A stretch of 63,996 bases of DNA, filler included, from Bacteriovoracaceae bacterium (GTDB lineage: Bacteria; Bdellovibrionota; Bacteriovoracia; Bacteriovoracales; Bacteriovoracaceae): NCBI GenBank assembly GCA_018649885.1. It is 7 parts of 7 records of this genome, joined end to end, with 100 filler letters (N's around TTAATTAATTAA, not from the genome) between each part and the next. Parts side by side here need not be neighbours in the genome. Positions count along the whole stretch, not along the records: positions 53,633 to 61,805 come from JABIHA010000025.1; positions 61,906 to 63,996 come from JABIHA010000003.1; 5 more parts are not named here. One strand, written 5' to 3'. The translations under genes were made by a program, and so were the position numbers. Of the stretch, positions 60,904-63,996 are shown one piece after another. The notes below the pieces were generated by a model. That model was given only the letters and a program-made list of their open reading frames with translations. It made no database searches and was not told the origin of the DNA. Every line of letters starts with the position of its first letter. Positions within the stretch are counted from its first letter, which is position 1.

Positions 60904-60916
60904 TTTTTTTGTAATG

Positions 60917-61300
60917 CTAAGAAGATGCGATTGAAAAACGAATATATTTTTGAAATTTTTCTAAATCCATTGGTTTATCGAGAAAGAAAACTTTATCAAA
61001 AGTACTAAGTAAATTTTCTACATCGGGAATAAAACCAGAAAACATAATAATTGGTAGCTCTTTATTGTAACCTTCTTTGGCCCTCAAGGCCTGGATCAGA
61101 TCAGCTCCATTAAAAAATGGCATTTTATAATCTACAACCATCATGGAATAGTTGTGGCCACTGAGTTTATGAAAGGCCTCTAGCCCATCTTCAGCAGTGT
61201 CAATAGTTGCATCTGGGTACCACATGAGAATGGTTTCTTTTAGTACTTCACATATCATCTTTTCATCATCAACAACTAAAAAACTTAATTTCTCACTCAT
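60917..61300 (-). CDS. Single-domain response regulator (CheY-like)
   Basis: LVVDDE, AEDGLEA, VDYKMP, IIMFSG and LDKP motifs. Confidence 0.92.
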   Translation of the reverse strand: MSEKLSFLVVDDEKMICEVLKETILMWYPDATIDTAEDGLEAFHKLSGHNYSMMVVDYKMPFFNGADLIQALRAKEGYNKELPIIMFSGFIPDVENLLSTFDKVFFLDKPMDLEKFQKYIRFSIASS

Positions 61301-61304
61301 AACC

Positions 61305-61685
61305 TTAAACCTCTCCGGGTGTATCACCCATTGCCTTAATAAATAGTGCCGTGGCCTTTGCGTATTTCAATATTTTTAATACATTGCCTTTAAATTTGAT
61401 TTGCCCTGTAGATATGGCCACAACAGGTTCAAGCTCCCCTAGTTTGATTCGATCAAAAACCTCAAAAGGACCTTCCATAATAAAATCTACTTCTTCTTTA
61501 TGCTCGCCCCAGACATCATCGCAATGGGGAAGGTTAATTCCCCAAGTACGCGTTTCATCTTGAGACATGTGGATGACAAATTGCATACTGCTATCAAACC
61601 CAGCAGCACTTTTTTGATAATCCTCGTGTTCTAAAAGTGAGCTTTGAAGTAAACATGCCCAATCATAAGAAAATAATTTGATCAT
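61305..61685 (-). CDS. SCP2 sterol/lipid-binding domain protein
   Basis: GELEPVVAISTGQIKFKGN motif. Confidence 0.8.
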   Translation of the reverse strand: MIKLFSYDWACLLQSSLLEHEDYQKSAAGFDSSMQFVIHMSQDETRTWGINLPHCDDVWGEHKEEVDFIMEGPFEVFDRIKLGELEPVVAISTGQIKFKGNVLKILKYAKATALFIKAMGDTPGEV

Positions 61686-61805
61686 CTAATCATCCTCTTC
61701 ATCGTATCCTTCGCCCTCAAGTTCAATAGACTCAGAATCATCATCAGTTTCCACTGTAATTTCCCCACTAAAAGAGCCACTTTCGTCGGGATCAAAATCA
61801 ATATC
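61686..61805 (-). CDS. C-terminal end of an acidic Ig-like (choice-of-anchor/ASH-type) protein
   Basis: Manual translation: DIDFDPDESGSFSGEITVETDDDSESIELEGEGYDEEDD*. Confidence 0.55.
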   Translation of the reverse strand, partial: DIDFDPDESGSFSGEITVETDDDSESIELEGEGYDEEDD

Positions 61806-61905
61806 NNNNNNNNNNNNNNNNNNNNNNNNNNNNNNNNNNNNNNNNNNNNTTAATTAATTAANNNNNNNNNNNNNNNNNNNNNNNNNNNNNNNNNNNNNNN
61901 NNNNN
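61806..61905. other. Artificial contig linker
   Basis: N44-TTAATTAATTAA-N44. Confidence 0.98.
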
Positions 61906-62049
61906 GAATTCATAATATTCCTTTTGGATGGATTTTTGTTTGGCGATAAAAATCATATCAAAAGAATTAACTACGGCCATTACGCATGGCCGTAGTTTTA
62001 TGAAATCATTCAACTATTTTCTTAAGTTAGCAGCATTCGTGCCAGGCAC
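61906..62049 (-). repeat. Copy B of the dispersed element seen at 17407
   Basis: Hairpin AACTACGGCCAT-TACGC-ATGGCCGTAGTT at 61969-61997; ends in palindromic GTGCCAGGCAC; minus-strand AAGGA..ATG AAT TC running into the gap. Confidence 0.7.
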
Positions 62050-62084
62050 AAGAAGCTACATCCAATGTACCTAGCACTTGTATC

Positions 62085-62528
62085 TTAAATTTTTACTTTG
62101 AATTTAAGGTTCATACTGAAATCACCATCGACAGTATATCCACTGCGTTGATATCTAAATTTTGTAACACCATCAGGCTTTAGTTCCTTGGATTTATTTT
62201 TAAATGTATATATTTTAGTAAGAGCGCCATCTTCTTCTTCAAAATATAAATTAGCGCTAATGTTGGCCTTTGAAACACCATCATTTTCTTCAGCAGTTAA
62301 AGACACGATGTAAATGTGTGAGGAAGGCTCATCATCTTTTAGTAGTCGGACTCTAAGATTGAAAGGAAGGTTAACATCCTTTAAATCTTTAGTTTCTGGA
62401 AATTGATGATCACCAAAAAGATATGGTTTTGATTTAATGTTAAGGTAAGTTACTTGTCCAATTTCACCTGCCCAGCTTCCCAGTGGCAGCATTAATAAGG
62501 TAAGTAATCCTAAAATTGCAATTTTCAT
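62085..62528 (-). CDS. Secreted hypothetical protein
   Basis: MKIAILGLLTLLMLPLGSWA signal peptide; AAGGA RBS. Confidence 0.7.
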   Translation of the reverse strand: MKIAILGLLTLLMLPLGSWAGEIGQVTYLNIKSKPYLFGDHQFPETKDLKDVNLPFNLRVRLLKDDEPSSHIYIVSLTAEENDGVSKANISANLYFEEEDGALTKIYTFKNKSKELKPDGVTKFRYQRSGYTVDGDFSMNLKFKVKI

Positions 62529-62929
62529 AATGGTATCCTTTTTTAAACAATCTTTTGTTCGCACTGTAGATAATTATTGTTCTGAAATATACATTAATGT
62601 GCATACCAAAAAATAATTACACTATTTACGCAAACACTTTACTGTCAATATCCCATGATGTTTCACCGCATTTGAAACACTACTGGCCAATATATAAATT
62701 AGAGGAGAATTACTTTACGATTTTGATAAGATTCAAAAGATTCTGTCTAGTTTTGGATATTTATGATGTTGAATTTTGTTGAGGGGTATAAAACACAAGA
62801 AGAGTCAGCAGCTTTAATTTAGATCCTGATATACAAAGAATAAAGAGATTAAACTGCCAGCTCACTTTTGAGATACTCTAAGGCCCTGAGGTGGGCCGAC
62901 ACTTTTCTTTTTAAATTCAGTTGTGACCA

Positions 62930-63544
62930 TTATTTTATTTGATTATCTAGGTATGATTGAAGCTTAGGACCGCATACAGATTCAAATCCATTATCCACAA
63001 GCCCAATGCAGCTATCAACGGCTTCGGCCTCAGCAATACTTTTGACTCCTGCGCACAAAAGCTCATGCCCATCATCAACGTCCCTAGTACATTTTGCAAC
63101 AGCACCTGCTTGATCGTCATTTTTGACTCCTGCACAAACGAGTTCTAGACCATCTGCCACTTCTCTCGTGCAGTTTGCAACTGCATCTGCCTCTGCAGAA
63201 TTATTCACTCCAACACAGACAAGCTCTATACCATCAGCCACTTTCCTCGTACAGTTTGCGACAGCTTTAGCTTCAGCAGGATTTTTAACTCCAGCGCATG
63301 CAAGTTGAGCGCTATCTGATACTTCCCTCGAGCAACTTATAACCGCGTCGGCTTCTGTATTATTTTTCACCCCTGCACATGCTAATTTAGCGCGAAGAGT
63401 GAGAGGCCTAGTACATTTTGCTATAGCTTCGGCTTGAGCACTATTTTTCACTCCCAAAACTTGGCCATAGGACAATGCTGATAAAAATAATGAAATAGTT
63501 AAACTAGAAATTTTCAGGGCCTTGCCCCAGTTTGAGATTTGCAT
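62930..63544 (-). CDS. Secreted Cys-rich protein with six 27-aa repeats
   Basis: (A)GVKNxAEAxAVAxCTRxVxDGxELxC x6 after a signal peptide. Confidence 0.8.
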   Translation of the reverse strand: MQISNWGKALKISSLTISLFLSALSYGQVLGVKNSAQAEAIAKCTRPLTLRAKLACAGVKNNTEADAVISCSREVSDSAQLACAGVKNPAEAKAVANCTRKVADGIELVCVGVNNSAEADAVANCTREVADGLELVCAGVKNDDQAGAVAKCTRDVDDGHELLCAGVKSIAEAEAVDSCIGLVDNGFESVCGPKLQSYLDNQIK

Positions 63545-63663
63545 AGAATTCCCCCAAGAAATTATCACAATCTATTAATTAGGGTCATACTACCAAGGCC
63601 AGCGCTTAAAACTCATTTTTCAAAATTTTTACACTAGGTGTATAAAAAGTTGACGACAAAAAT

Positions 63664-63996
63664 GTAACTGCCCAATAGCTTGTTTTTTAAAGGGATCTTA
63701 TAGTTTGGGCAAGAAAAGGAAGTTCTCCGCGGGCCGAAGTTCGGTCATCTAGGTATTTCCAAAAACTCACACCAAGCTTTCTGCAAGTTGAGATTATTGA
63801 TAACATCAAATCCCAGGCATCGATGCCTTGTCTTGATCTATTTTGAAGTGAGATCTTTCTTTTGATAACTCTCTCTCTGATGTCCAGCTCTGCTTGATTG
63901 TTGTGAAGTGGAAGCTGGGGATATTTCAAAAAAAGAAGGAGTTTATCTTTGTTCTTTGCAGTTCTTCTAAGCTGCTTATCAATGAGTTTTACCAAA
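63664..63996 (-). mobile_element. IS66-family element, right end with the transposase C-terminus
   Basis: LLFLKYPQLPLHNNQAELDIRERVIKRKIS...TCRKLGVSFWKYL (TnpC C-terminus, stop at 63687); GTAA-initiated terminus GTAACTGCCCAATAG at 63664. Confidence 0.85.

Noticed and set aside
1..63996. tRNA, rRNA, prophage, reverse transcriptase or cas genes
   Set aside because: None recognisable by eye; tRNAscan-SE, Infernal and HMM searches would be needed to exclude them fully.

Overview
This 64-kb window is not continuous DNA. It joins seven draft or metagenome contigs with six artificial 100-nt linkers (N-run + TTAATTAATTAA + N-run), so gene neighbourhood only holds within 1-17306, 17407-30727, 30828-45124, 45225-48333, 48434-53532, 53633-61805 and 61906-63996. 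The AT-rich sequence, many secreted hydrolases and orphan lipoproteins, sigma28/sigma54-type promoters and the HNH family seen here suggest a predatory Bdellovibrionota (Bacteriovorax/Halobacteriovorax-like) genome; this is inference. Recognisable genes include gor (5' end), an ABC-2 exporter, a phosphate-selective porin, LysR plus a secreted PLD, DegP/DegQ, metK, pcm, a YbdK-type ligase, an AbiEi/AbiEii pair, four zinc metalloproteases, a fatty-acid hydroxylase, an SNF2 helicase, a 5'-truncated korA, fadD, an HD-GYP protein, and IS21- and IS66-type ends. No rRNA, tRNA or CRISPR array was seen. Two candidate novel systems stand out. (1) A frameshifted HNH endonuclease gene is preceded by a 123/210/210-bp GTGGTACATG-anchored, potentially structured repeat array (33.6-35.3 kb). 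(2) metK is divergent from a signal-peptide-bearing PIMT and a 14-TM protein whose SAM-binding domain is predicted periplasmic, next to DegP (17.6-23.5 kb), suggesting extracytoplasmic SAM-dependent protein repair. Several REP/MITE-like families, a leader-peptide attenuator and small unannotated ORFs are also reported.
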